This document shows positions 1 through 8,471 of a DNA stretch of 64,000 bases, one piece after another; positions within the stretch are counted from its first letter, which is position 1, and each line of letters begins with the position of its first letter. A program made the position numbers and the translations under genes. This DNA comes from Chloroflexota bacterium. GTDB lineage: Bacteria > Chloroflexota > Dehalococcoidia > Dehalococcoidales > SURF-40. Below the pieces are notes generated by a model. The model saw only the letters and a list, made by a program, of their open reading frames with translations. It did not search any database and was not told the DNA's origin. Location: NCBI GenBank assembly GCA_043803245.1, contig JAZDKE010000008.1, positions 7,088-71,087 on the forward strand, read 5' to 3'.

Positions 1-1356
1 GTTGTTTAAGGCAAGGTGCCAGGTGAGGTATTGGGCACGCTGCGGCTTGAGACGCTGCACGTCGCGTACAAAGTTATCGGGGAGCTGAGCATCAGGGGTC
101 ATCATCGGGAATATCTGTTTTATATTAAGACCAAGCACCACACCCTTGCGGGCCCGGATGGTCTCCCCGTTCTCCAAAATAACACCTTCGGCCTTATTCC
201 CACTGATGAGGACCTGTTTTACTTTGGCATTCAGACGGATTTCCCCGCCGAAGTCTTTAATTGCTTTCCCCAGGCACTCGGTGAAACGCCCGGCGCCGCC
301 CTCGATTGGTTTGGCGCCGTAGAGCACGGAGTAGGGCGCCATGAACTCGACGCCCTCGGCAGTCCCGGACTCATAGGGACTGATGCGCGTCTGAGCGGCC
401 CAGCGAGTGGCCACAATCTTCATTTCATCGCTTACGAACCACTCGTTAACGGCGTCTACGGCACTCATAAAGGTGGTTCGTATTAGCTCCAGGCCTTTGG
501 ACGAGCCAGATAGCATCGTGATGAAGTTGCCAAAGGGAGCCGGCGGCATATTCGAACCGCGCAATACCGGTTTCAAGAAAGGCGTCGCCCATTCTACGTA
601 TTTTCGGAACTGCTCGGCGTCCTTCTCACTAATCTTAGCAATCGAAGCGCAGGTCTTATCGAGGTCATGGTAGATGCATATCGCACGGTCGTCCGGGAAG
701 ATGATGACTTCCTGGACTTCGGGCACCGGAAGGAATTTAAGGCCGTATTTCTTGACCAGACCCAGTTCATCGTTTTTAATAATAGGGTTCAGGTCTACCC
801 AGAGCGCGGCGGTGGCACCCAGGTCATGCTTAAAACCCGGGACGGTTGCTTCCAGGGTAACTACGCCGCCACCGATAAAGCTCCGGGATTCGACCACACA
901 GGTCTTTAAGCCCGCTTTTGTAAGGTAGGCGGCTACGATGAGGCCGTTATTGCCAGCGCCAACGATGACTAAATCATACTCGCCGGGAGCGAGCGGCCTT
1001 TCGTCTTTGGCAACCGGTCTGGGCGCAGGCGCTGCCACTTTCGGCGGCGCGGCGGCAGCCCTGGGAGCTTCGCCTGGTTTGGTCTCTGTTTTCGGCCTGG
1101 CGGTTCCTTCCTTTACCGGCGGCTTCCCGGCGACTTGAGCGTGTTTTCGCCATGCTTTCCAGACAAACGCAGGCAGGTAGGAAACAATCCCCCATTTCAG
1201 GGCAAGCCCGAAAAATTTCCATGCTTCCGCTGGCTTGATGTAGACATCTTCCGGCATGCTCTCCAGGAGAGTAGTCTGCAATACGAGGTCTTCACCCCGG
1301 CGCTCCAGTTTGTAGACTTCCACCATCGTGTTCCCGTTCTTGTCGTATAATTTCAT
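1..1356 (-). CDS. FAD/NAD(P)-binding oxidoreductase, phytoene-desaturase (CrtI/COG1233)-like. The C-terminus lies outside the window. It has an N-terminal ~125-aa extension with one hydrophobic helix and a Pro/Ala-rich linker.
   Basis: This ORF is not in the supplied track because it is open at the left edge. My minus-strand translation from ATG 1356..1354 stays open to base 1 (452 codons): MKLYDKNGNTMVEVYKLE... It contains the Rossmann motif EYDLVIVGAGNNGLIVAAYLTKAGLKTCVVESRSFIGGG. An SD-like AAAGGGG lies upstream. Confidence 0.75.
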   Translation of the reverse strand, partial: MKLYDKNGNTMVEVYKLERRGEDLVLQTTLLESMPEDVYIKPAEAWKFFGLALKWGIVSYLPAFVWKAWRKHAQVAGKPPVKEGTARPKTETKPGEAPRAAAAPPKVAAPAPRPVAKDERPLAPGEYDLVIVGAGNNGLIVAAYLTKAGLKTCVVESRSFIGGGVVTLEATVPGFKHDLGATAALWVDLNPIIKNDELGLVKKYGLKFLPVPEVQEVIIFPDDRAICIYHDLDKTCASIAKISEKDAEQFRKYVEWATPFLKPVLRGSNMPPAPFGNFITMLSGSSKGLELIRTTFMSAVDAVNEWFVSDEMKIVATRWAAQTRISPYESGTAEGVEFMAPYSVLYGAKPIEGGAGRFTECLGKAIKDFGGEIRLNAKVKQVLISGNKAEGVILENGETIRARKGVVLGLNIKQIFPMMTPDAQLPDNFVRDVQRLKPQRAQYLTWHLALNN

Positions 1357-1599
1357 TTCTCTTACCCCTTTATATTTAGGGATACGAAAGGAAACCAAAC
1401 CCTGCCTGATTTTATCAAACTCCAGGCCGCTTGACAAGCACAAAACTTACTAAAATCCACCATCATAAAAATTGCTGGAGTCCGGGGTTAGTGCCGCGAC
1501 CCCGACCTCGCCAATCCGTTACCTGGCAGAGGGCATACGATGGATAACCCGAAATCAATTGGTCATTACCAGAAACTGGCCCGGTGGTAGCGAGCTAAT

Positions 1600-1626
1600 A
1601 AAAAGCGGGCCCGCCCACCCGGGCAC
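1600..1626 (-). terminator. putative intrinsic terminator after the ferredoxin gene
   Basis: The minus strand reads a GC-rich hairpin, GCCCGGGTGGGCGGGCCCGC, followed by TTTTTATT. It lies about 36 nt after the stop of 1662..1928. Confidence 0.35.
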
Positions 1627-1661
1627 CCCGGCTGGAGAACCGGTTACGCGGGAAATAGGCT

Positions 1662-1928
1662 TTAGACCTCTTTCAGGGTTTTACCGGGATGCAGCTTATG
1701 CCACTTCGCCAGGAGCTGTTCTTTGGTCTCTTTGCGCTCCGTGTCGGGCTCAGGGGCCGCTACCGGGCAGATTTCAAAGCACCTCGGGGACTCAAAGTTG
1801 CCGAGGCACTCGGAGCACCGCTCCGGGTCAATAACGTAGATTTCCTCACCTTCGCTGATTGCCTGGTTTTCACACTCCGGTTCGCAACTGCCGCACTTCT
1901 CGCAATCTTCGCTTATTCGGTAGGCCAT
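1662..1928 (-). CDS. YfhL-type 2x[4Fe-4S] ferredoxin
   Basis: 88 aa. It has the motifs CEKCGSCEPEC and CSECLGNFESPRCFEICP, plus a C-terminal tail (KEQLLAKWHKLHP) laid out as in E. coli YfhL. Confidence 0.85.
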   Translation of the reverse strand: MAYRISEDCEKCGSCEPECENQAISEGEEIYVIDPERCSECLGNFESPRCFEICPVAAPEPDTERKETKEQLLAKWHKLHPGKTLKEV

Positions 1929-1940
1929 AAAATCTCCTCT

Positions 1941-3221
1941 CTAGCCGCTTGCCATATTCGCTTTGAGCTTCTGGTAAAGCTCCGGACGGCCCTTTTTCAC
2001 CATTTCCAGGTTGGCGGTAACCAGCAGAGCGGGAATACCCACCTTGTCCTGGAAGAGATGGAAAAGGTAATCTATCTCATTATCGTTACAGACCCGGTTC
2101 AAGGGGTAAACCCGGGTCAGGAGCTTCTGGTAGGCTGAATAGTTAAAGGCAAAGGCCTGCTGCCACCAGCTAATATAGTCCCGGTAGCCCGTATGGCCAG
2201 TAAGCTCTTTCTCAATGGCTTTCACCGCCTGGTAGCCGCTGGCCACGGCACCCTGTACCCAGGCTTCCGTCGAGGCCCCGGCATCACCGACGATGACCAC
2301 GTTGCCGGCGACCGGCTCCCGGATGGAAGCCCGCGCCGTAACCGCGGTGGCCTTTTTCTCGACCAGCTTTGCCCCGCCAAACCAATCCCGGAAAGCGGGC
2401 AGCTTAAGGAAATTGTCCAGGATAACCGCCGGTGGCACATCTGCCGAAGAGCCGACGCCGAGCAGGTGCCGCCCGCCGGCGACCAGTCCCATCCAGACAT
2501 TGCCCCCGCCGCTGATACTGGGAATAGTCCATGAGAAAAAGGACGTGTCGTGTGAGGGTGCGGCCACTCCATCCAGGGTATAGGTCAGGATGTGGCGCGT
2601 TGGCCGGGCTTTGCGGTTTTCATTTAAGCCCAGGCTCTGCACGATGCGGGAACTCAGGCCATCAGCGGCGATGGCATGCCGTCCCTTGATGGTCTCGTCC
2701 GTCTGGTTCCTTCTTATCTTGACCTCGACCCCGCTAGCGGTGTTTTCCGCACCGATGGCCAGTGTCTCGGTAAGCACCTCCACTCCGGCCTTTTCAACCT
2801 GCGCCAGGAGGCTGGCCACGAAGGCTTCTTTCTGGTAGTAAAAACCCCAGGCCTTTTCGTTAGGCGGGTAACGGTGGATTTGGTGGCCGCCGGGCGATAT
2901 CTGCACCCAGTTGTAATATGCCCTCACGGGGCCTTCAAAATCAAGCTCGAAGCCAGGTACCGGAAAATGACAACGGCAATTTCCGGGCAGTATTTCGGCT
3001 GAAACCGGGTCAATGTAGCCGTCCATTCGGGGCTCACCCCGGCCGGTTTCGGGATTGGGCGTTATCTTGTTAATGTAGAATATCTGGAGGCAGGCCCGGT
3101 TGATTTCGGCGACATTTTTCTTACGCTCTACCAGCACCACCTTGAGGCCGTCTTCCGCGGCGGTCTTTGCCGACATCAGGCCGCCCGGGCCGCCGCCAAC
3201 CACAATCAGGTCGTACTTCAT
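1941..3221 (-). CDS. FAD-dependent oxidoreductase (geranylgeranyl-reductase/FixC-like flavoprotein)
   Basis: 426 aa. N-terminal motif MKYDLIVVGGGPGGLMSAKTAAEDGLKVVLVERKK, and AIAADGLSSRI. It sits 12 nt upstream of the ferredoxin gene, so the two are probably an operon. Confidence 0.8.
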   Translation of the reverse strand: MKYDLIVVGGGPGGLMSAKTAAEDGLKVVLVERKKNVAEINRACLQIFYINKITPNPETGRGEPRMDGYIDPVSAEILPGNCRCHFPVPGFELDFEGPVRAYYNWVQISPGGHQIHRYPPNEKAWGFYYQKEAFVASLLAQVEKAGVEVLTETLAIGAENTASGVEVKIRRNQTDETIKGRHAIAADGLSSRIVQSLGLNENRKARPTRHILTYTLDGVAAPSHDTSFFSWTIPSISGGGNVWMGLVAGGRHLLGVGSSADVPPAVILDNFLKLPAFRDWFGGAKLVEKKATAVTARASIREPVAGNVVIVGDAGASTEAWVQGAVASGYQAVKAIEKELTGHTGYRDYISWWQQAFAFNYSAYQKLLTRVYPLNRVCNDNEIDYLFHLFQDKVGIPALLVTANLEMVKKGRPELYQKLKANMASG

Positions 3222-3338
3222 ACCGACTCCTTCCGGCTACCCCGGACATCATCATCATCATCCGGTTGCAGTAGTCGCCGGGGGATTTCCCGGTGATGTC
3301 GCGACGTAGCGTATCGGATGAGATATTTTTCCGACTTC

Positions 3339-3367
3339 ATAATATTATTTTTACCTTGACGAGTCAA
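3339..3367 (-). promoter_or_regulatory. sigma70-like promoter for the flavoprotein-ferredoxin operon
   Basis: The minus strand reads TTGACT-N17-TATTAT (-35 at 3367..3362, -10 at 3344..3339). The -35 lies inside the palindrome CTTGACGAGTCAAG (3355..3368). Confidence 0.5.
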
Positions 3368-3514
3368 GCGAGTGAGCGACCTTGTGAAATAGCAACCATC
3401 GGTTAAACGGACAAGGTCGCACAGTGCTTGGGCAGACCCCGCTAATTTCTGCGGCTAACTCGCCCTGGCCTTTTCACTTCCTAAAGCTAGCCCCACATTA
3501 CTTGGGGCAAACAT

Positions 3515-3925
3515 CTAGATATCGAAAATGACCCGGACCTGGTTTTTCGCCCGGTCAACCTTGAGCTGGTGGTAGGTTGCCGCTTTTACTTCTTTTTTGA
3601 GATGGTGGCGGGCCGGGTCATACCGCTCACCGTAAGCGGTAGCTTTTAGCGCGGCTTCGCCGGTCATAACGACGTTAAATCGCTTGAAAAGCAGTCCCTC
3701 GGTGTCGAAGAGATAAATGAGGCGGTTCAGCCATTCGAAAAGCAGGTCCTCAGGGTTCGCTTCGCGGATTTCAATCTCCCTGGACGCTACCTCCCTGAGT
3801 GCTGCCGGCTCGCAAATGATAGCAAAGAGTCCCGAGGCGGCGTTGGCAAAGGCCCCGGCTAAATCGCCGCCGTAGGCCACCAAGCCGATGTCAGCGGTAT
3901 GCTCGATGAACTTAAATCTTCTCAC
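3515..3925 (-). CDS. archease
   Basis: 136 aa. It has FIEHTADIGLVAYG, EVKAATYHQLKV and a C-terminal VIFDI, which is the typical archease signature. Confidence 0.85.
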   Translation of the reverse strand: MRRFKFIEHTADIGLVAYGGDLAGAFANAASGLFAIICEPAALREVASREIEIREANPEDLLFEWLNRLIYLFDTEGLLFKRFNVVMTGEAALKATAYGERYDPARHHLKKEVKAATYHQLKVDRAKNQVRVIFDI

Positions 3926-3946
3926 ATGACCACCACGAAGGACGGT

Positions 3947-4480
3947 TTAGTCCGGGGTAAAAAGTTGGCGTAATGTCTTGAGGTTTGAAGCATAACCGGC
4001 GCCGAGCAATGGGGAACAACGCTCCAGAGTGGTGGCGCCCGTTCTTAAATCAGCGGCGAAGGCCAGGCAGGTTGGGTAGCCGCACGCCTGGCAGTTTGTC
4101 CGCGGCAGGGGCTTGAAGATGGCCATCACCCCGGGCAGGGCTTTTTCACTGAAGTCGGGGGTAATCTCATTCCGCTTAGCCCACGTGCGGTTTATCAGCT
4201 CGACCACATCGCCGATAACCTGCCGGGCGTGTTCTAAGTCACGCACCGAGGCCACCCGGATTTCAAGCGGCCGGAGGGCGTAGGTCTGCTGGTCATCCCG
4301 CCAGATGAGTACTAGGTTGGTGTGGTCGTACTGGCATTTTGGCAGGCTTGCGTTGAGATAGGGGAAGACGGGGCTGATGTCGGACTTTAGCCGCGCCAGG
4401 CCGCCCCACCGTCCCATCCCCGGCGCACAACCCGGCTCCGCCAGCTCCCCACGGTATTCGCTAACCAGCTTATCCGCCAC
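3947..4480 (-). CDS. (Fe-S)-binding protein with an RnfB/CFeSP-type C-terminal cluster motif
   Basis: 177 aa. CQACGYPTCLAFAADLRTGATTLERC gives C-x2-C-x4-C-x16-C, the spacing of the 'putative Fe-S cluster' domain found at the N-termini of RnfB and AcsC. Confidence 0.6.
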   Translation of the reverse strand: MADKLVSEYRGELAEPGCAPGMGRWGGLARLKSDISPVFPYLNASLPKCQYDHTNLVLIWRDDQQTYALRPLEIRVASVRDLEHARQVIGDVVELINRTWAKRNEITPDFSEKALPGVMAIFKPLPRTNCQACGYPTCLAFAADLRTGATTLERCSPLLGAGYASNLKTLRQLFTPD

Positions 4481-4550
4481 TACCGCATGTTACTACGGAC
4501 GGCGCAAACGGGGCAAACGACGTGATATGGGGCCAAGCGCCGAAACGGAC

Positions 4551-4647
4551 TGGCGGGAGCGTATGGGAGTCGAACCCACCGAAGACGTTATTAGCGCCCC
4601 CCGACGGATTTGAAGTCCGCGAAGCCCACCGGGACTTAAACGCCCCC
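4551..4647 (-). tRNA. selC: tRNA-Sec (anticodon UCA)
   Basis: The 97-nt minus-strand RNA is GGGGGCGT-TT-AAGTCC-CGGT-GGGCTT-C-GCGGA-CUUCAAA-UCCGU-(long variable arm)-GTGGG-TTCGACT-CCCAT-ACGCTCCC-G-CCA. It has an 8-bp acceptor stem, a 6-bp D stem with a 4-nt loop, a 5-bp T stem, and an encoded CCA. Confidence 0.9.
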
Positions 4648-4694
4648 GCGCTAATTTGAGTATATCAGGCAGAGCTTAAAGCGGCAACGGTCGG

Positions 4695-5516
4695 TTAGTT
4701 CTCGCCCGCTGGGATATCGGAGTCGGCCTTAGCCGCGACGGCCGCCGATTTTTTCTTCTCAACCAGCTTGGCCAGCCAGATGCTCATCTCGTAGAGGACA
4801 ACTAGGGGCACTGCCACCAGGAGCTGGTTGATGGGGTCAAAGGTGGGGGTGATGATGGCGGCAACAACGAAGGCGACGATGATGGCTGGCCGCCGCTGTT
4901 TTGCCAGCCAATTCGAGCTGACCACCCCCAGACGCGCCAGGAAGGTGATTACCACCGGCATTTCGAAGACGAGGCCGATGGCGAGAAGCAGCCGGGTGAC
5001 GAAGCTGACATAATCACTGATTCTAATCTGCGGGCTGGCGACTTCGGCGCTGATACCGAGCATAATCTTGATGGCCGGTGGTATCAGCACGAAGTAACTG
5101 AAAGCAACCCCGCCGGCGAACATCAGGGTAATCCAGGGTAACATCAGGAGCACCGTTCTTTTCTCACGGGGGGTGAGGGCCGGCAGGATGAACATGAGGA
5201 GCTGATAAATCAGGTAGGGCATAGCTATAATCAGACCGGCTGCCAAACACACCTTCATAATGGTGCCAAACCCCTCGGTCATCGTGATTACAATGACGTT
5301 AATATCCCCGGGTGGGGGGAAAAGGTGTATTTTGGTTGTGAGGAAGTCGAATACCGGTTTGAGGAGTGGTAGCTTGTATTCCAGTAAATCGAATATCTGC
5401 TTGTAGTAGAAGAAGCTGATGGTGGTGGTGATTACTACCGCAACCGAAGCTTTTATCAGGCGCTGCCTCAGTTCCCTGAGGTGCCCGAGGAGAGTGATTT
5501 TTTGTTCCTGGCTCAT
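4695..5516 (-). CDS. tatC: twin-arginine translocase subunit TatC
   Basis: 273 aa, polytopic. It begins LGHLRELRQRLIK, and its length and topology are typical of TatC. Confidence 0.9.
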   Translation of the reverse strand: MSQEQKITLLGHLRELRQRLIKASVAVVITTTISFFYYKQIFDLLEYKLPLLKPVFDFLTTKIHLFPPPGDINVIVITMTEGFGTIMKVCLAAGLIIAMPYLIYQLLMFILPALTPREKRTVLLMLPWITLMFAGGVAFSYFVLIPPAIKIMLGISAEVASPQIRISDYVSFVTRLLLAIGLVFEMPVVITFLARLGVVSSNWLAKQRRPAIIVAFVVAAIITPTFDPINQLLVAVPLVVLYEMSIWLAKLVEKKKSAAVAAKADSDIPAGEN

Positions 5517-5568
5517 CTACCTGCCACTACCACCGGTGCGCCGACTGGCCAGCCCGGCTTGCCGTTCC

Positions 5569-5781
5569 CTAGTCCTTCTTTTCGGCTCCGGGGGAATGGC
5601 TCTTTTCTTCTTCCAACTCCTTAGTCACGGTTGATGTCAAGTCGAAGGAGGCCTTCTTAATATTGCGCACCACTTTACCCGCGCTACGCCCTAATTCGAC
5701 AACCCGGTTGGGGCCCACTACCAGAAGCGCCACCAGGAGAATCATCAAAATTTCGCCGGTGCCGATGCCAAAAAAGTCCAT
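5569..5781 (-). CDS. Tat translocase TatA/TatB-family protein
   Basis: 70 aa. MDFFGIGTGEILMILLVALLVVGPNRVVELGRSAGKVVRNIKKA: an N-terminal TM helix, then an amphipathic helix. Confidence 0.8.
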   Translation of the reverse strand: MDFFGIGTGEILMILLVALLVVGPNRVVELGRSAGKVVRNIKKASFDLTSTVTKELEEEKSHSPGAEKKD

Positions 5782-5860
5782 CCTGTCCCCCCCCCCTCAC
5801 CCGACGGTGACTGCGCCAGGGATAACGGCTGGCCGATGACAAAAACCAATAGGCTGACGG

Positions 5861-6061
5861 CTAGCTTTGTTTCTCTTTGGTCTGCTTGCTTTCTAAGGGT
5901 TTGGCTGGCGCTTTATCATCGTCATCGCTGTTCTGTGCGTGGCGGAAGGACCGAATACCCTTTCCCAGAGCATTGCCTATCTCTGGCAGCTTGCCAACGC
6001 CAAAGAAAATCAGGACGATGAGCAATATGAGGCCAATTTCCCAGGGACCAATACGCGGCAT
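5861..6061 (-). CDS. tatA: Tat translocase TatA/E-family protein
   Basis: 66 aa. [34 protein letters not shown]. Confidence 0.85.
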   Translation of the reverse strand: MPRIGPWEIGLILLIVLIFFGVGKLPEIGNALGKGIRSFRHAQNSDDDDKAPAKPLESKQTKEKQS

Positions 6062-6333
6062 AGCTGCACCTCCTCCATCAGGTTCCCACTAACCAAGGTC
6101 ACAACCAGTATTATACCACTTTGCGCAACCGGAGCGACAACCGGTGTGGTAAGGGACATCGGGTTTTGAAACCGGTGATGGCTTTACGGGGCACGGTGTT
6201 TTGATAAAACCATCGCCCCAGTGCTTTATGCTCGGGCAGCGGGCCATCCGCCATACCCGGGCCATAAAGCTGGGCATGGCCATGGCGCGTCATAATGAAC
6301 GGATACTTGGTCTTCTCCGGGTCAGGGGAGGTT

Positions 6334-6948
6334 CTATTTCTCGATAATACGGACGGTCTTGATTACATCCCCGTCCTTAATTTGCTTGAGGACGTCCATG
6401 CCCCCGGCCAGCTGGCCGAAGACGGAGTGTTTGCCGTCGAGATGAGGCTGGGGCGCGTAGGTGATGAAAAACTGGGAGCCGTTGGTGTTGGGGCCGGCGT
6501 TGGCCATGGAGAGGGTGCCGGTAGTGTGGCGGTGCTCGGTAAACTCATCCTTAAATTCATAGCCGGGGCCGCCGGCGCCGGTGCCGGTCGGGTCGCCGCC
6601 CTGGGCCATAAAGCCGGCTATCACCCGGTGGAAAGTGGTGCCGTTGTAGAAGCCGTCCCGTGCCAGAAAGACGAAGTTGTTGACCGTGACTGGCACGTCC
6701 CTGGCGAACAACTCGAGCACCAGGTCGCCTTTCGCAGTCTCGATGACCGCGGTGTAGAGCTTACTGGTATCAATGGTCATGGCCGGCGGTGCGGCGTAAG
6801 TCTTGGGACCAGGCGGTCCTCCGGGTTGGGAATCGGGAACCGGAACGCCGCCGCCGGGAAAGGGAGTACGGCCGGCGCAGCCCGCCAGCAGGAAACCGAG
6901 CGTCAATATTGCGAGTGACGCCAACCGCAAAAACCGGGTGATGGGCAT
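6334..6948 (-). CDS. cyclophilin-type peptidyl-prolyl cis-trans isomerase, lipoprotein
   Basis: 204 aa. It has the lipobox LLAGCAG and the cyclophilin core [25 protein letters not shown]...[16 protein letters not shown]. Confidence 0.9.
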   Translation of the reverse strand: MPITRFLRLASLAILTLGFLLAGCAGRTPFPGGGVPVPDSQPGGPPGPKTYAAPPAMTIDTSKLYTAVIETAKGDLVLELFARDVPVTVNNFVFLARDGFYNGTTFHRVIAGFMAQGGDPTGTGAGGPGYEFKDEFTEHRHTTGTLSMANAGPNTNGSQFFITYAPQPHLDGKHSVFGQLAGGMDVLKQIKDGDVIKTVRIIEK

Positions 6949-7033
6949 AAATTACCTCCAATTCTAACGCTAGCGATGGGATAGGAGATTACCGTAAGTG
7001 CTTGAATCCCATTATAACACAGGAGCTCAAAGA

Positions 7034-7321
7034 CTAAATCTGGGGTTCTTCATCGCGCACCAGGCAGAGGCCGCCCCGGCCGGCCTGGCAGTCGATGGTC
7101 ACGCCGCTAAGGGACGCCGCCAGTTCGCGGTCAACCAGGAGCACCGTTTTGCCTTCATCAGTGATGACCTGGTCACGGCTAAAGTCCTGGTCGCAATCCG
7201 TGACGAACTGGAGCCTGCCGAAATGACCGGCCACCAGCCGCAGCACGCCGCCCGGTTTTTCGCCGGGGCCCCCGGCCAGCTTTTTAATCTCGGCGATTGC
7301 CCGCCCGGTTACCTTTATCAT
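7034..7321 (-). CDS. small HesB/IscA-fold-like protein lacking the cluster-ligand cysteines (function unknown)
   Basis: 95 aa. The IKVTGRAIAEIKKL...GVLRLV...VLLVDRELAASLSGVTIDC pattern resembles the IscA fold, but there is no C-terminal CGC motif. Confidence 0.4.
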   Translation of the reverse strand: MIKVTGRAIAEIKKLAGGPGEKPGGVLRLVAGHFGRLQFVTDCDQDFSRDQVITDEGKTVLLVDRELAASLSGVTIDCQAGRGGLCLVRDEEPQI

Positions 7322-7383
7322 CCCGTATTCCGAGACTATTATCCGCTAAAGCGCTTCCCCCTGGCAAATAAGTTGCGGCACTT

Positions 7384-8469
7384 TTAAGATAACCGGGGAG
7401 TTACGTGGGCGGCGGTAGCTTTGAAACTGGCGAAGATTTTTTTGCCGGTATGGAGGTCAAGCTCCTGGGCTGAGCTTCTGGTCAGGACTCCGAACAGGCT
7501 GAAACCGCAGTCCAGCTCGATGCGCACCAGCGGTCCCATGGTATGGAAGCTGGTCACGGTGCCCTCGAAAGTGTTCCGGGCGCTGCTTTTGCCCGGGGAC
7601 AGCGATAATACCACGTCCTCAGGCCGGACTAAGACCGACACTTCTTCGGCCACCTCCCGGCTGGCAACCGCCTGGACGGGGCGGCCGTTCACCTTCACGG
7701 TGAGCAGGTTAGCCTCCCGACCGACGGTTATCCCGGGCAGGATGTTACCGATTTCGACAAACTCGGCTACCTCCTGGCTTTCGGGCGAGGAGAAAATTTC
7801 GCCCGGCGTCCCGACCTGCCTTATCTGCCCGTTTAGCAGCACCGCGACCCGGCTGGCCAGGCGCTGGCCCTGTACCATGTCGTGGGTCGCCATCACCACG
7901 GCCGTCGTCTTGCCGTGCAGCACCGAGGCCACCGCCGCCTCTATTCTTGACGTAGAAAGCGGGTCGAGGTTGGCGGTGGGCTCGTCCAGGAAAAGCACCT
8001 CCGGCGCAGTCACCAGCGCCCGGGCAATTGCCACCCGCTGGGTCTCGCCGCCGGACAGGGTCTTGGCCTGCCGGTTGCGGTAGTCCTCCAGTCCCACCAG
8101 GGACAGAGCGTCATCAACTTTGCGGCGCACCTCGGCGTCTTTCTGGTGCCGCCATCTCAGCCCGGAAGCGACGTTATCGAAAACACTCATGGTGAACACT
8201 ATGGGCTTCTGTTGCACAAAAGCCATCCGCCGCCTGGCCGCCTGACGCTGGTGCTGATTACGGGTAACATCAATCCCGTCGAAGCGGATTTTGCCGGAGG
8301 AGGGAAAGTCCAGCAGGTCCATCAGCCTTAACATAGTCGTTTTACCGCTGCCGGTCGGGCCGATTAAAGCCAGGGCTTCCCCCCGGCTAACTTCGAGGCT
8401 GGTCTCTTTTAAGACCTTTTTGCCTCCGAACTCCCTGGTTATTCCCTCAAGCTCAATCAAGGCCATCAT
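7384..8469 (-). CDS. tupC: tungstate/molybdate ABC transporter ATP-binding protein with a C-terminal TOBE/Mop-like domain
   Basis: 361 aa. Walker A GPTGSGKTT, signature LSGGETQRV, Walker B LFLDEP, and a ~120-aa C-terminal beta-rich extension. It is coupled to the permease, with a 2-nt gap. Confidence 0.75.
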   Translation of the reverse strand: MMALIELEGITREFGGKKVLKETSLEVSRGEALALIGPTGSGKTTMLRLMDLLDFPSSGKIRFDGIDVTRNQHQRQAARRRMAFVQQKPIVFTMSVFDNVASGLRWRHQKDAEVRRKVDDALSLVGLEDYRNRQAKTLSGGETQRVAIARALVTAPEVLFLDEPTANLDPLSTSRIEAAVASVLHGKTTAVVMATHDMVQGQRLASRVAVLLNGQIRQVGTPGEIFSSPESQEVAEFVEIGNILPGITVGREANLLTVKVNGRPVQAVASREVAEEVSVLVRPEDVVLSLSPGKSSARNTFEGTVTSFHTMGPLVRIELDCGFSLFGVLTRSSAQELDLHTGKKIFASFKATAAHVTPRLS

Positions 8470-8471
8470 TT

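Noticed and set aside
16-1350. Plus-strand track ORFs 16..486, 407..673, 667..909, 674..928, 938..1138 and 1135..1350
   Set aside because: They tile antisense to one continuous 452-codon minus-strand ORF that has a clear FAD Rossmann motif. Their sequences are low-complexity and match no family, which is typical of GC-rich shadow ORFs.
3247-3261. (CAT)5 run, which is five tandem ATG codons on the minus strand in the flavoprotein 5' UTR, considered as a Met-rich leader peptide
   Set aside because: No SD precedes it. The resulting short ORF runs out of frame into the main gene and is Arg/Gly-rich. It is more likely a trinucleotide microsatellite.
7034-7321. HesB-like selenoprotein
   Set aside because: The ORF ends in TAG, has no internal TGA, and lacks the Cys/Sec motif of that family.
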